Assembly (NCBI GenBank): GCA_964016885.1
Contig: OZ024743.1
Span: 160,208,001-160,272,000 of the forward strand
DNA from: Eledone cirrhosa
Lineage: Eukaryota
Direction of reading: 5' to 3'
DNA length: 64,000 nucleotides
Shown: positions 1-13,902 of the stretch, piece by piece
Position numbering within the stretch: position 1 is the first letter of the stretch
How the letters are laid out: each line of letters opens with the position of its first letter
Notes under the pieces: model-generated
What the model was told of the DNA's origin: nothing
Seen by the model: the letters and a program-made list of their open reading frames with translations, nothing else
The model's database searches: none
Translations under genes and position numbers: made by a program

Positions 1-110
1 TGTGAGTATGTATGTTCTTTCTTGAACATGGCGGACATTGTTGTCTCTTGATGTCACTGGTTGTGACTAGGTGATAACTCGTATGAACATAAAGCAAGAT
101 AAATACAACT

Positions 111-112
<2 letters not shown>
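1..112 (+). mobile_element. 3' UTR end of an R4/Dong-type element, followed by (TAA)n
   Basis: Reverse complement of the 3' UTR at 432-545 and 3136-3250; followed by (TAA)n at 112-150. Confidence 0.8.
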
Positions 113-150
<38 letters not shown>

Positions 151-152
<2 letters not shown>

Positions 153-420
153 GGACAAGTTGTTATGTCTTCATTCCGTTTATTGAGTAGTGAGGTGCGT
201 TTTGCTATTTATCAGCTCAAGGTTCGATCAGTATCGATCTAGCCCGACTCTGGACTCAAATGCTCGTCGGACCTTTGCTCTCATTGTCACAACAAAGGTC
301 CGACGAGCTTTTGATTCCAGAGTTGGACTAGATAGATACAGATCGAACCTTGAGCTGATCAATAGCGAAACGCACCTCACTACACAATAAACGGAATGAA
401 GACATAACAACTCATCCTTT
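151..420. repeat. Imperfect palindrome (~127-bp arms, centre ~285) between two tail-to-tail Dong 3' ends
   Basis: tgctcgtcggacctttg ... caaaggtccgacgagc; arms pair outward through the TAA tracts into the Dong UTRs to the window edge. Confidence 0.9.
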
Positions 421-431
421 TATTATTATCA

Positions 432-3103
432 TAGTTGCATTTATTTTGCTTTATGTTCATACGAGTTATCACCAAGTCACAACCAGTGAAGTCAAGAGAC
501 AACAAGGTCCGCCATGTTCAAGAAAGAACATACATACACACAAATGCATCTTTAGGTGTGTAGACTTATGATGTACTTATATTGACAGAATCTTCTTTAG
601 TATATGGGCAGTTCCTATTAGTACTATTTTTTTGTATTTATCCTATACGCGGGTTTCCTGGGATTTGCGATAAGTAATCATTTGCCCCTTAGGTATCATT
701 CCTAGTGCGCCTACAACCGCTGGTATTGTTTTAGTTCTCAATTTCCACATTTTCCAATTTCTATCTCCAGTTCCTTATACTTGCTCAATTTTTCAAATGT
801 TTTTATAGATACATTCTTGTCTATTGGAACGGACATATCAATTAGCAGGCATACCCTCGTTTTAAATTCATTCAGTATTATATCAGGTCTATGTGCATCT
901 ATTTTTCGGTCTGTTTGGATTCTAATGTTCCACAAGATATGAGCTTTTTCAAGTATGGGAGGTGGTTGATGCTTCCACCAATTCTTTTGATGGGGCAGGT
1001 CAAAATGCTTACACATTAACCAAAGTATGTATTGTGCAGCTCTGTCATGCCTGTTTAGGTATTCCGTTGGAGCTATAGGACTGCACATTGAAATTATATG
1101 GTCAATGGTCTCTGTTTGTTTTTTACATACACGGCATAATGTGTTGCATCCAATTTTTATTATGTTGGCTTGGTAATTTTTTGTTGGCAGACACTGATCT
1201 TGTGCTGATATAATCAGTCCTTCAGTCTCCGATTTCAGTCCAGAGGGTGCCAACCACTGATGGGTTAAGGTTTTGTCAACATCAGGATTGTTAGCTCTTT
1301 CTGGGTATTTTCCATACAGAGGCTTTTCTTGCCATTTCTTAGCCAATTTCTGTAGCAGTTCTTTCTTTGCAGTTACTTTTTCCTGCTTTGGGAATTCTGA
1401 AATTTGTAGTCCATTACTGTATCTTTGTGCATCATTTGGAATGGAGTATGATCTTTTGATGATTTCGTGTTTCAAAATGAGTTTGATCATCCAATCATGT
1501 GATTCCCTTAGATATGTAGATAATCCAATTGTTGCAGTTTTCAACGCAATATCTAACTGGATTAACCCATGTCCTCCTTCTTTCCTTGGGAGATATATTC
1601 TATCTGAATCTGCCTTAGGGTGATTCATTCTGTGCATGGTTAAGAATTTTCTAATTTTTGTATTGAGCCTACGGATCTCTGTGCTTGACCAGTTGATGAC
1701 ATTGTAACTGTAGGTTACTACTGGTAAGGCAAGCGTGATTATGGCATCGATCCTATTCCTTGCATTCAATTCCGTTCTTAAGATTGCTCTTACTCTGCGG
1801 TAACATTCCTTCCTTATCCTTTCCGTCATTGTCGAGTGTTTGATTCCGTCTCCTTCACAAACACCTAGATATTTGTAAGTTTCCTCTTGATCAAGTTCTC
1901 TTATCACATTCCCCCGATCAACAATAATGTCACAACTTTTCAGCAGCTTTCCTCTGGTGAACGTTGCTTTGACGCATTTATCTAGTCCAAACTCCATTTT
2001 AATGTCATCACTGAACTGCTCCACAGTGGATAATAGCCCTTGCAATTGTTCATCATTTTTTGCAAATAGTTTCAGGTCATCCATGTAGAACAAGTGATTA
2101 ATGATTTTGTCATGGACTTTATATCCATGTTTTGTTTCATTGAGCATTTTACTTAATGGTATAAGTGCGATGCAGAATAAAAGCGGTGATAAAGAGTCAC
2201 CCTGAAAAATTCCACAATTTATATTAACTTCTCCAGCTTCCAGTGATTTTGTTTCACTATTCAAAAGGTGTGTCGTTTTCCATGTCTTCATACTGAATGA
2301 CAAAAGCCTCCTGACAACGGGGGATATTTTGAAAATCTCTAAACATTTTTCAATTCAACTGTATTGCAAACTATCCAATGCTTTTTTTATAATCTATCCA
2401 TGCAATTGATAGATTTTTGTGTCTATTATGACAATCTTCCAGTATCATTTTTTTAACCAAAAGCTGATCCTTACAACCATATGAGCCTCGTTTACACCCT
2501 TTCTCCTCATTGGGAAATAGGTCATTTGTTATCAGGTGGTCATATGTATATTCAGTTAGGACTGATGTTAAAATGTTATACGTTGTGGTCAAGGAAGTTA
2601 TCGGTCTGTAATTTTGGGGATTGTTTGTCTCATCATTTATCGGGAGCAGGAATGTAATGCCGTTAACTAGCCATAATGTTATCTTTTCTGGCTCCTTAAC
2701 TATTTCATTGTAAAGTTGGGCTAACAGCTCATGAGACTCTGTGAAGGCATTTATACAAAAATTTGGTATTTTGTCTTTTCCTGGGGATTTCCATTTGCTG
2801 GTTTTCCTAAGAGCCAAACGCAACTGTTCAACTGTTATATTTTCCCATATTTGTTCATCAAGGTGAGCTGTATCTTTCATTTGTCTGTCTATCCATGGGG
2901 CATGAATATTATGAACTTTTCTTTGGCCCAGATCTTTTCCCAGATTTCTTGCACTTCCTCCATGGGTGGTATTGATTTAGCAGTTATTGTTGACTTGCCA
3001 ATTTTTCTGTAGAAGTTTCTTTGGTTGTTTTTGAACATATTATTGTCCTTATAGAATCTAGATCGTTTTTGAAAGCGCCTTATACGAGCAGCTTTGGCCG
3101 ACA

Positions 3104-3104
<1 letters not shown>
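432..3104 (-). mobile_element. R4/Dong-clade non-LTR retrotransposon, 5'-truncated, copy A
   Basis: RT motifs KSPGKD, NYRPIT, GIFQGDSLSPLLF, YMDD; CCHC finger CRVC..ETIDHIISMC; RHD and RPD..D restriction-like endonuclease; flanked by TAA repeats; frameshifted. Confidence 0.9.
738..2303 (-). pseudogene. Largest RT-RLE reading-frame fragment of Dong copy A
   Basis: 521-aa ORF with QGDSLSP, YMDD, CCHC, RHD and PD-D motifs; frameshifts at both ends. Confidence 0.85.
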
Positions 3105-3135
<31 letters not shown>

Positions 3136-3137
<2 letters not shown>

Positions 3138-5849
3138 AGTTGCATTTATCTTGCTTTATGTTCATACGAGTTATCACCAAGTCACAACCAGTGACATCAA
3201 GAGACAACAAGGTCCGCCATGTTCAAGAAAGATCATACATACTCACACATGCATCTTTAGTGTTTAGACTTGTGATGTACTTATATTGACAGAATCTTCC
3301 TTAGTATATGGGCAGTTCCCAGTAGTACTATCTTTTGTATTTCTCCTATACGCAGGTTTCCTGGGATTTGCGATAAGTAATCATTAGACCCCTTAGGTAT
3401 CATTCCCAGAGCGCCTACAACCACTGGTATTGTTTTAGTTCTCAATTTCCACATTTTTCCAATTTCTATCTCCAGGTTCTTATACTTGCTCAATTTTTCA
3501 AATGTTTTTATAGATACATTCTTGTCTATTGGAACGGACATATCAATTAGCAGGCATAACCTCTTTTTAAAGTCCTTTAATATTATATCAGGTCTATTTG
3601 CATCTATTTTTCGGTCTGTTTGGATGCTAAAGTTTCACAAGATTGAGATGTGATCTTTTTCAAGTATGGGAGGTGGTTGATGCTCCCACCAATTCTTTTG
3701 ATAGGGCAGGTCAAAATGCTTACAAATTATCCAATGTATGTATTGTGCAGCTCTGTCATGCCTGTTTAGGTATTCGGTTGGAGCTATAGGACTGCACATT
3801 GAAATTATATGGTCAATGGTCTCTGGTCGTTCTTTGCATACACAGGATAATGGGCTGCATCCATTTTTTATTATGTTGGCTTGGTAATTTTTTGTTGGCA
3901 GACACTGATCTTGTGCTGATATAATCAGTCCTTCAGTCTCCGATTTCAGTCCAGAGGATGCCAACCACTGATGGGTTAAAGTTTTGTCAACATCAGGATT
4001 GTTAGCTCGTTCTGGGTATTTTCCATACAGAGGCTTTTCTTGCCATTTCTAAGCCAGTTTCTGTAGCAGTTCTTTCTTTGCAGTTACTTTTACCTGCTTT
4101 GCTTTTTCTGTGTTTTCCATTTCAGCAGTAAATAGGACCTCTGGAATGTGTAGTCCATTACTGTATCTTTGTGCATCTTTTGTAATGGAGTATGATCTTT
4201 TGATGCTTTCGTGTTTCAAAACGAGTTTGATCATACAATCATGTGATTCCCTTAGATATGTAGATAATCCAATTGTTGCAGTTTTCAACGCAATGTCAAA
4301 CTGGACTAACCCACGTCCTCCTTCTTTCCTAGGGAGATATATTCTATCTATATCTGCCTTAGGGTGATGCATTCTGTGCATGGTTAAGAATTTTCGAAAT
4401 TTGTATCGAGCCTACGGATCTCTGTGCTTGACCAGTTGATGACATTGTAACTGTAGGTAACTACTGGTATGGCAAGCGTGTTTATGGCATCGATCCTATT
4501 CCTTGCATTCAATTCCGTTCTTAAGATTGCTCTTACTCTGCGGTAACATTCCTTCCTTATCCTTTCCCTCATTGTCAAGTGCTTGATTCCGTCTCCTTCA
4601 CAAACACCTAGATATTTGTAAGTTTTTTCTTGATCAAGTTCTCTTATCACGTTCCCCCCGATCAAGATTAATGTCCGAACTCTTCAGCAGCTTTCCTCTG
4701 GTGAACGTTGCTTTGGCGCATTTATCTAGTCCAAACTCCATTTTAATGTCATCACTGAACTGCTCCACAGTGGATAATAGCCCTTGCAATTGTTCATCAT
4801 TTTTTGCAATTAGTTTCAGGTCATCCATGTAGAACAAGTGATTAATGGTTTTTGTCATAGACTCTATATCCATGTTTTGTTTCATTAAGCATTTTACTTA
4901 ATGGTATAAGTGCGATGCAGAATAAAAGCGGTGATAAAGAGTCACCCTGAACAATTCCACAATTAATATTAACTTCTCCAGCTTCCAGTGATTTTGTTTC
5001 ACTATTCAAAAGGAGTGTCGTTTTCCTTGTCTTCATACTGAATGACAAAACCCTCCTGACAACGGGGGATATTTTGAAAATCTCTAAACATTTTTCAATT
5101 CAACTGTATTGCAAACTATCCAATGCTTTTTTTATAATCTATCCATGCAATTGATAGATTTTTGTGTCTATTATGACAATCTTTTAGTATCTTTTTTTTT
5201 AACCAAAAGCTGATCCTTACAGCCATATGAGCCTCGTTTACACCCTTTCTCCTCATTGGGAAATAGGTCATTTGTTATCAGGTGGTCATATGTATATTCA
5301 GTTAGGACTGATGTTAAAATTTTATACATTGTGGTCAAGGAAGTTATCGGTCTGTAATTTTGGGGATTGTTTGTCTCATCATTCTTCGGAAGCAGGAATG
5401 TAATGCCGTTAACTAGTCATAATGGTATCTTTTCTGGCTCCTTAACTATTTCATTGTAAAGTTGGGCTAACAGCTCATGAGACTCTGTGAAGGCATTTAT
5501 ACAAAAATTTGGTATTTTGTCTTTTCCTGGGGATTTCCATTTGCTGGTTTTCCTAAGAGCCAAACGCAACTGTTCAACTGTTATATTTTCCCATATTTGT
5601 TCATCAAGGTGAGCTGTATCTTTCATTTGTCTGTCTATCCATGGGGCATGAATATTATGAACTTTTCTTTGGCCCAGATCTTTTCCCAGATTTCTTGCAC
5701 TTCCTCCATGGGTGGTATTGATTTAGCAGTTATTGTTGACTTGCCAATTTTTCTGTAGAAGTTTCTTTGGTTGTTTTTGAACATATTATTGTCCTTATAG
5801 AATCTAGATCGTTTTTGAAAGCGCCTTATACGAGCAGCTTTGGCCGACA

Positions 5850-5850
<1 letters not shown>
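3136..5850 (-). mobile_element. R4/Dong-clade element, copy B (same 5' truncation as copy A)
   Basis: Colinear with copy A; identical 5' end gcagctttggccgacat followed by (TTA)n; several frameshifts. Confidence 0.9.
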
Positions 5851-5881
<31 letters not shown>

Positions 5882-5883
<2 letters not shown>

Positions 5884-7441
5884 AGTTGCATTTATCTTGC
5901 TTTATGTTCATACGAGTTATCACCAAGTCACAACCAGTGACATCAAGAGACAACAAGGTCCGCCATGTTCAAGAAAGATCATACATACTCACACATGCAT
6001 CTTTAGTGTTTAGACTTGTGATGTACTTATATTGACAGAATCTTCCTTAGTATATGGGCAGTTCCCATTAGTACTATCTTTTGTATTTCTCCTATACGCA
6101 GGTTTCCTGGGATTTGCGATAAGTAATCATTAGACCCCTTAGGTATCATTCCCAGAGCGCCTACAACCACTGGTATTGTTTTAGTTCTCAATTTCCACAT
6201 TTTTCCAATTTCTATCTCCAGGTTCTTATACTTGCTCAATTTTTCAAATGTTTTTATAGATACATTCTTGTCTATTGGAACGGACATATCAATTAGCAGG
6301 CATAACCTCTTTTTAAAGTCCTTTAATATTATATCAGGTCTATTTGCATCTATTTTTCGGTCTGTTTGGATGCTAAAGTTTCACAAGATTGAGATGTGAT
6401 CTTTTTCAAGTATGGGAGGTGGTTGATGCTCCCACCAATTCTTTTGATAGGGCAGGTCAAAATGCTTACACATTATCCAATGTATGTATTATGCAGCTCT
6501 GTCATGCCTGTTTAGGTATTCGGTTGGAGCTATAGGACTGCACATTGAAATTATATGGTCAATGGTCTCTGGTCGTTCTTTGCATACACGGCATAATGGG
6601 CTGCATCCATTTTTTATTATGTTGGCTTGGTAATTTTTTGTTGGCAGACACTGATCTTGTGCTGATATAATCAGTCCTTCAGTCTCCGATTTCAGTCCAG
6701 AGGATGCCAACCACTGATGGGTTAAAGTTTTGTCAACATCAGGATTGTTAGCTCGTTCTGGGTATTTTCCATACAGAGGCTTTTCTTGCCATTTCTAAGC
6801 CAGTTTCTGTAGCAGTTCTTTCTTTGCAGTTACTTTTACCTGCTTTGCTTTTTCTGTGTTTTCCATTTCAGCAGTAAATAGGACCTCTGGAATGTGTAGT
6901 CCATTACTGTATCTTTATGCATCTTTTGTAATGGAGTATGATCTTTTGATGCTTTCGTGTTTCAAAACGAGTTTGATCATCCAATCATGTGATTCCCTTA
7001 GATATGTCGATAATCCAATTGTTGCAGTGATTTTGTTTCACTATTCAAAAGGAGTGTCGTTCTCCATGTCCTCATACTGAATGACAAAAACCTCCTGACA
7101 ACGGGGGATATTTTGAAAATCTCTAAACATTTTTCAATCCAACTGTGTGGCAAACTATCAAATGCTTTTTTATAATCTATCCAAGCAATCGATAGATTTT
7201 TGTGTCTATTATGACAATCTTCCAGTATCATTTTGTTAACCAGAAGCTGATCCTTACAGCCATATGAGCCTCGTTTACACCCTTTCTGCTCAATGGGAAA
7301 TAGGTCATTTGTTATCAGGTGGTCATATGTGTATTCAGTTAGGACTGATGTTAAAATTTTATACATTGTGGTCAAGCAGGTTATCGGTCTGTAATTTTTG
7401 GGATTGTTTGTCTCATCATTCTTCGGTAGCAGGAATGTAAC
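5882..7441 (-). mobile_element. R4/Dong-clade element, copy C, internally deleted
   Basis: Nearly identical to 3136-4282, then jumps at ~7028 (CAGT microhomology) to the equivalent of ~4990. Confidence 0.85.
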
Positions 7442-7445
7442 TTCG

Positions 7446-7490
<45 letters not shown>

Positions 7491-7997
7491 TTATTATTAT
7501 TATTATTATTGGCGACTTGCGTAGTAAATCGTATCAATGTGAGCTCTGCAAAGGTTTGTTATTTTCAGTTGTTTAAACTTGCCATTTATGGAATTTTTTT
7601 ATTGTTAATTGTATATAAGAGCACATACATTGATTTCTGAAAAGGACATTAAAAAATATTGGGGCCTTGAGCCCAAAATTTAAACTTTTTATAATTTTCA
7701 AACATAAATTTTTCTTTGAAAAATCATGGATGTCTCAGAGTCACTCCTTCCTCACACTCTAACACCTCACACCGACACCACCATTGTAAATATTGCTACG
7801 TTTGCCAACACTGGAAATGTAAGCAGTACCAATATTTTAAATTTGTCTCAGGCAGACGTTCATTTCCCGCCATTACCAATGACTGCAGGTGTTAAAGCCG
7901 CCGCCACCACCACCACCACCGCGACAACCTCCACCCAACCACCACCACAGCTACAACAGAAACAAAATAAATAAATTAATTAACTCGTGATATCGAA

Positions 7998-9082
7998 ATG
8001 AATTCAACCAAAATGAACTCTTCCACACCGAACACCACTGACACCGCCACCACCACAACTGAAACTAAAATTAACAATAGCAAAAATAACACTAACAACA
8101 ACAGCAACAATGAAATTAAGAAAACTACCCTAAGTTTTGCCAGAGTAGCAAAAACGTGCGAAGCGATCCAGGTAACTCAGGAGCAATTAGAAGAAGCCAA
8201 AGGAATGGTAAAGAAAGATGGGTACAGGGTCAGCCTCACCGCACACCTAATAAAATGGAGCAACGTCACCTATGCACCGTGTCTTATCGGACAATTAACA
8301 TAAAATTGCGCCGAGTGGAACGGGCATCCGAGTCCCAAATCCAAAAAGCTTTGGGACATGTGTGGGCAAAAATAACCCACATCAGACGTTGGCAGAAGTA
8401 TGGAACCGTGGACGTGTTCTATGAAACAACACAGGAGGCCAGATAACACTCCATGGCCCCATTAAGAAGTGACGACTTCACACTCGTCCCAAGCTATTGT
8501 GGCCAGAGACTTGTGAAGATCAGGGTGACCCACGTTACACCGGCCATCGAAATTCCCTGGCTAATGGCTGCCGTCCTCGCCGGCATCGAGGCCAACACCA
8601 AAATAATAGAAATAGCAAACGAAAAGCAGGAGAACTGGTCCGGATCTGGGATGGAGCTCCTGATCCAAGCGGACCATAAAAGCATTGAGGAGATCCCAGA
8701 GGTAATAGACCTCACTGACGGCAGCCACCTCACCGTAATCGTCGAGGGCAGAAGACCTAGGTGTGTCGTTTGTGGTGAAGGAAACCACCTAAGGGCTTTC
8801 TGCCCTCAGGCTAAAAGGTTTGAGGCCCCCTCACTTACCCACTCCAGTGACTCAACCATCAACACCACCAGCAGCAGAAACGGCAGCAACAACTGTAGCA
8901 GCAACAACAGAAGCAACTGTAACAGCAACAACCCTAGCAACAGTAGCAAAACCAACACCACCACCACCCAGCGCGCCAGAACTAGCACCAGCGCCTACAC
9001 CATCCACCACGCCACAACCAAAACCAATGCCTGTGGAGGATTTTCCACTTCCCGGCTTATCGCAACTGGAGACAGATTGTGA
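7998..9082 (+). pseudogene. Tx1-type ORF1 (gag-like), disrupted
   Basis: SFARVA motif, RRM-like region, VEGRRPRCVVCGEGNHLRAFCP (CX2CX4HX4C); split by frameshifts and stops. Confidence 0.75.
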
Positions 9083-9712
9083 CGACGAGGAGTGGGAAAC
9101 GGTATCAGGAAAAAAAAAAGAAACCAAAAAAGAAAAAATTCTCTTCCTTCCCCCTCCAAAAACAAAATACAGAGGGAAACAAATAAATTAACAAACAAAA
9201 AAGTTAGGACAGATATGCCATCATCCACACCAGCATCACCAACCCCATCACCCCAAACACCAACACCATCACCATCATTAACCCCAACACCACAATCACC
9301 AACACCACAAAAGTCAACAAAAAGCGTAACAGAAACAAACCCACAACAAACGCAAACAAAACAAAACAACCAAAACGATACACACTACACAGCATTAAAT
9401 TTGAACAACAACCAATTATTACACTACATCCAACACAACACCAGCATCACAGAAAAAGACTACACAACAACCCAAAAGTTCACACCACCTCCAAACATAC
9501 AATCACTCGCATCACACAGAAAACGTACACGACACTAAAACAAAAATTCCCCAAAGACATCGGAGACTTCCGACAAACACTATCCAGGAGGATTTATAAT
9601 AAGACATCCTTCCGGAGGAGGCCACAGACAGTGAAAAGGATGGACAAACCATCTCTTCCTCTACGAGAAGTAAGGTAAGTGGCCTTTCCCATCTTTTCCA
9701 CTCCATTTCAAC

Positions 9713-12700
9713 ATGACTTCACTCAGAATAGGCAGCATGAATGCGCGTGGCTTGGGGTCGTCATGGAAGCAGGGCCACCTGCTCAACGACCTCAGGTCAC
9801 TAAACATAGATGTAGTGGCCATCAGCGAGACCAGAATCTCCGAAGCACGGGCCTTCGCACCGATCTTCGGCGGCTACGATGTATACGCATCTCCCAGCCG
9901 TCCGGGATCGGGTGGGGGAGGAGTTGCTGTGCTTTTTCGGAGAGGTTTTGATCTCGCCATACGGGCCATCTTCCTGGACCCACAAGGTAAGTTGGTGGTG
10001 CTAGACGTGACCAGCGGAGACGGGCAAGCTTTCAGGTTAGTGGCCGTCTATGCGGCGACAGGAGCAGGGCGACCTGATTTTCTTCCGGCGTCTGGAGACC
10101 TTTCTTGGAACGTCCCTATCTTTAGTGTTAGTGGGCGACTGGAACGGGATCTTAGATGCACGCAGGGACTGTGTGGGATTAGCGGATAGGGGAGGAGGGT
10201 GCAAGAGCCTTACCAACCTGCTCAGGCGTTTTGAACTGTCTGACAGGTACCGATTGGATTTCCCGAATGTGCCAATGTGGACTTGGACAAATCGCATAGG
10301 GTCATCCAGATCATATCTAGATAGAGTAGTTTGTAGAGAAATAGATAGGTCTAGCATATGCTGTCCACAATTCAAGATAGTCAGCTACACGGACCACAAA
10401 TTCGTGATCTGTGTGCTTGACTTAGATAGGCTTCATAGACGAGGACCCGGCTACCGGAAGCTAAACGCGTCCTTACCAGCGCGCAAGGCCTACAGAGACC
10501 GGATTAGCGAACTAGTTAAGCGGGCGTTGACGGGGGCCATCGTCAACAACAAGTGGTGGTTTGCTCTAAAAAGAGCAATTAGAATAGAGTCCATTAGGTT
10601 TAGTAAGGCTTTAGCAATAGAGAAAAATAGTGCAGAGGGAGAACTAGTTAGAAAATTAGACGAGGCGCTTAGCAAGGGCATTGCGACCGACGTGCTTGCG
10701 GCGAAATTGGCCCTTGACGAATTCTTCAATGCAAAGCACGAAGACTGCGTTGTCAGAGCTAGGGTGCGTGCTCTCAGACACGAGGGAACGAAAGCCGTTC
10801 AATGTGTCCGAGTGGCGGAGGCGCGTCGTGGCAACAAAGTCACGATCCGGTCTTTGGTGGAACACGACGGGCGCATGCTACTCGATCCCGGGCAAATGTG
10901 TGAAGCTTTTCAACGATACTTCGCTCAGTTGTTCGGGGGCAGCGGCGGGCCGGATCGAGGGATGGACTTATGTGTCTACCTCGACAGACTGCCGCGGCTC
11001 TCGGCCACTGGGGTGGAGTGTTGCGAAAAGCCGATAACAGCCGCTGAAGTAGGGGAGGCAATGACTAGCTGCACAAGGGGTAAATAGCCTGGTTTGGATG
11101 GTCTGCCCTATGAACTTTACGTACAGATGCCAGACTTGTTCGGAGGCCTCTTGGCGGACGTCTACTGCAACTGGCAACAGAACGGGAGAATTCCCAGCTC
11201 TGTGAGCCGATGAGATGTGGCGCTGCTGAGAAAGGATCCGAACAAGGGGGATAACATAGATAATTTTAGGCCCATAACTCTGCTAAACCCAGAGTTCAAG
11301 ATTTTGTCCAAGGTGCTAGCAAAGAGGTTGTCGCTTGTCGTTGGTGGTCTGGTGAGAGAGGCGCAGACATGCGCCATTCCCGACAGATCCATCCACGACA
11401 ACCTCCACCTCATGCGATACATCGTAGAGAAGGTAGCTATGGAACCTGGCACGGGTGGGTCCTTGATCAATGTAGATCAGTTGAAAGCTTTCGATAGGGT
11501 CGACCATGTTACCTAGCGGCAGTCCTGAGGGCGGCTGGCTTTGGGCCCGTCTTCAGAGGCTAGATCGCTGCCATGCACAGCGACATCTGCTCTGTGGTGA
11601 GAGTGAACGGTAACCTTTCAGTACCGTTCAACATCAAGCACTCGGTCCGCCAAGGATGTCCCCTCTCGTCCCTATTGTACGTATTGACTCTCGAGCACAA
11701 ACTGGAGACGTTGAGGGGGTCCCGCGCGAACTAGGATGCGGAAGATCCGTGTCAGCATATGCGGACAATGTCACCGTAGTGGTGTCGAACGCCAAACACA
11801 TCGAGGCGATCGGCACTACACTAAGAGAATACGAAGCGGTGACAGGAGCAATGATCAACCAGGAAAAGTCAGTCAGCCTGCAGCTCGGCACCTGGAGAGG
11901 CAGGTCCATGCCGTCCAACAGCGTCGTCGGACGCTGGACGGACGGACCGGTTAAATTGCTAGGGGTCTGGTTCGGTCCGGACCTCCAGACGGACAAAAAC
12001 TGGGACGAGGTGACGAGCAGGGTGGCTTCTCTCACCCAGAAATGGGTCGAGAGGAAGCTATCCCTGAAAGGTCGAGCGGAGGTGGCTAACGCGTATATCG
12101 CGTCCATACATCTACTACCGCCTGACCATCGTACCTTGTCCTAAGCCCCGCCTGACTGCGCTGGAGCGTTTGCTCTTTCGCTTTTTGTGGAAGGGACGCG
12201 CTCCGATGGTCAGGCGGTCCATCTGCTGTCAACACCCACTACGTGGAGGGCTGGGATTGCCGTGGCTGATGATGCGCAGACACGCACTCAGGCTACGACA
12301 TCTCCACCTCTTCCTCGACGGTGATCAAGTGTGGTCTCCGTTTGCTAGACACGTCTTTCCCCAGCTCGTGTCCTTGACGGAGCTGCAGTCCTGGGTCAAG
12401 CGAAGACCGAGAGGGAGCGCTTGGAGACTGGAATGTCTTCAGGCGCTCACAGCCCTCGACCAATCGGGCAATGTGATCGGTGGAAACTCCAACTTGGCGT
12501 TCTATAAAGGATTAGTGGAGGGGAAGAGCGACGACGTACTTGGGGAAACTCTAGACGTCGACGAAAATCAACTAGCCAATCTCTTCGGAAGAACTTTCGG
12601 GCCGGGGCCTATGGACAACTTCCAGAAATCCTTGGCCTGGCAGTGCTACCGAGGAGCTTTGCCAGTTCGGGATAAACTCTACAGGCATGGAGGTGCCGGG

Positions 12701-13119
12701 CATGTTCGAGATGCGCGCAGAGCGACGAAACCGTCCTGCACGCACTCGCCCAGTGTCCGAGCATTACTGACTTGTGGGTTTATGTCGAACACCTGCTGTC
12801 GCGTGTAGGACGGATCCGGCTATCAGCTGAGTCCATCGTGAGCATTGCCCCGCCCTCTTCCTTTAGCCGGGAAGGGTAGGCAGTTGTTATCTGTCTGGTG
12901 GCCATGGCGAAAGAGATAGTGTGGTGGACACGTTTGAAAGGGCTGAAGACGAGCACTTACCTCTTCGGTGATGCCCTGATTAACTTTTTCAAATTTCATT
13001 TGAAAAGGAAAATCAGGGTAGAAAGGGAGGTGCTCTCTGCCCAGGATTTTGTTGAAATATGGGTGAGAGAGGCAAGAATGGCCCGAGTGAATAGGCCTAC
13101 TCTGAGTATGTGTCTGTAA
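9713..13119 (+). pseudogene. Tx1-type ORF2 (APE endonuclease + RT + C-terminal zinc finger), disrupted
   Basis: SMNARGL, ISET, GDWN, SYLDR, TDH (APE); FRPITLLN, KAFDRV, RQGCPLS, AYADN (RT); RGALPVRDKL..C..C..ETVLH; stops and frameshifts. Confidence 0.9.
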
Positions 13120-13368
13120 ATTAAAGGTGAAAAACTGGAAGAGGGCACTTGCCCTGGTGGTCAGGGTCACTGTGGCTTTTTAATGGGCTTTCTCCACGAA
13201 TGTCCCTCGGAAGTCTATCCCCTATTGGGGAATTTTTGCATTTTTCTATTATTACATCCTCAGTTTCTTGTTTTTTACACGCAGAAATGCCCATTTGTAC
13301 CGCCATTTATTGTCCAGTACTGCCCTTAATCTCTACTTTATGTAGACCCTTGTGGTTAATAAAGAAAG

Positions 13369-13416
<48 letters not shown>

Positions 13417-13419
13417 TAT

Positions 13420-13842
13420 ACAAAATTACAAGAAACGAAGCCTGCTGTTTAGTTACTGTAAACAAGGTTTAAGATGATAATATAGACGAAACAAGAGAAG
13501 GTCCCCTTCGTCAGCCTGTTAACTGCATAGATGTTTCGGCCCTTAAAACAGGACATCAAAAGCGATCAGCGGCGCACCCAATGCCTTTTATCGATAAAAA
13601 GGCCACGAGGGAAAGAAAAGAAATAATAGTGAGGAGAGAGAAAGAATGAGTAAAAAAGAATTAAACAAACCGATTGGAGGGGGTGGCACAGGTTAATGGA
13701 ACATGCAAGTGAGTAACCGAGGAAAAAATAGAATAAGTTACAACGAACCGATTATACTTAAGACTTGTGGTGCAATAACTAGGAGCGATGTAGTTCCGTT
13801 CGATCTCAACAGAATGAGGGTAGAGAGAGAGAGAGAGAGAGG

Positions 13843-13902
<60 letters not shown>

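Larger units (their letters stand above)
7511..13369 (+). mobile_element. Near full-length L1/Tx1-clade LINE inserted in a (TTA)n microsatellite
   Basis: ORF1 with zinc knuckle; ORF2 APE-RT-zinc finger; AATAAA at ~13358; (TTA)n on both sides (7445-7510, 13370-13400). Confidence 0.9.

Noticed and set aside
190-410. Two antiparallel ORFs with similar proteins (also 54043-54502, 31403-31734)
   Set aside because: Trivial consequence of DNA palindromes.
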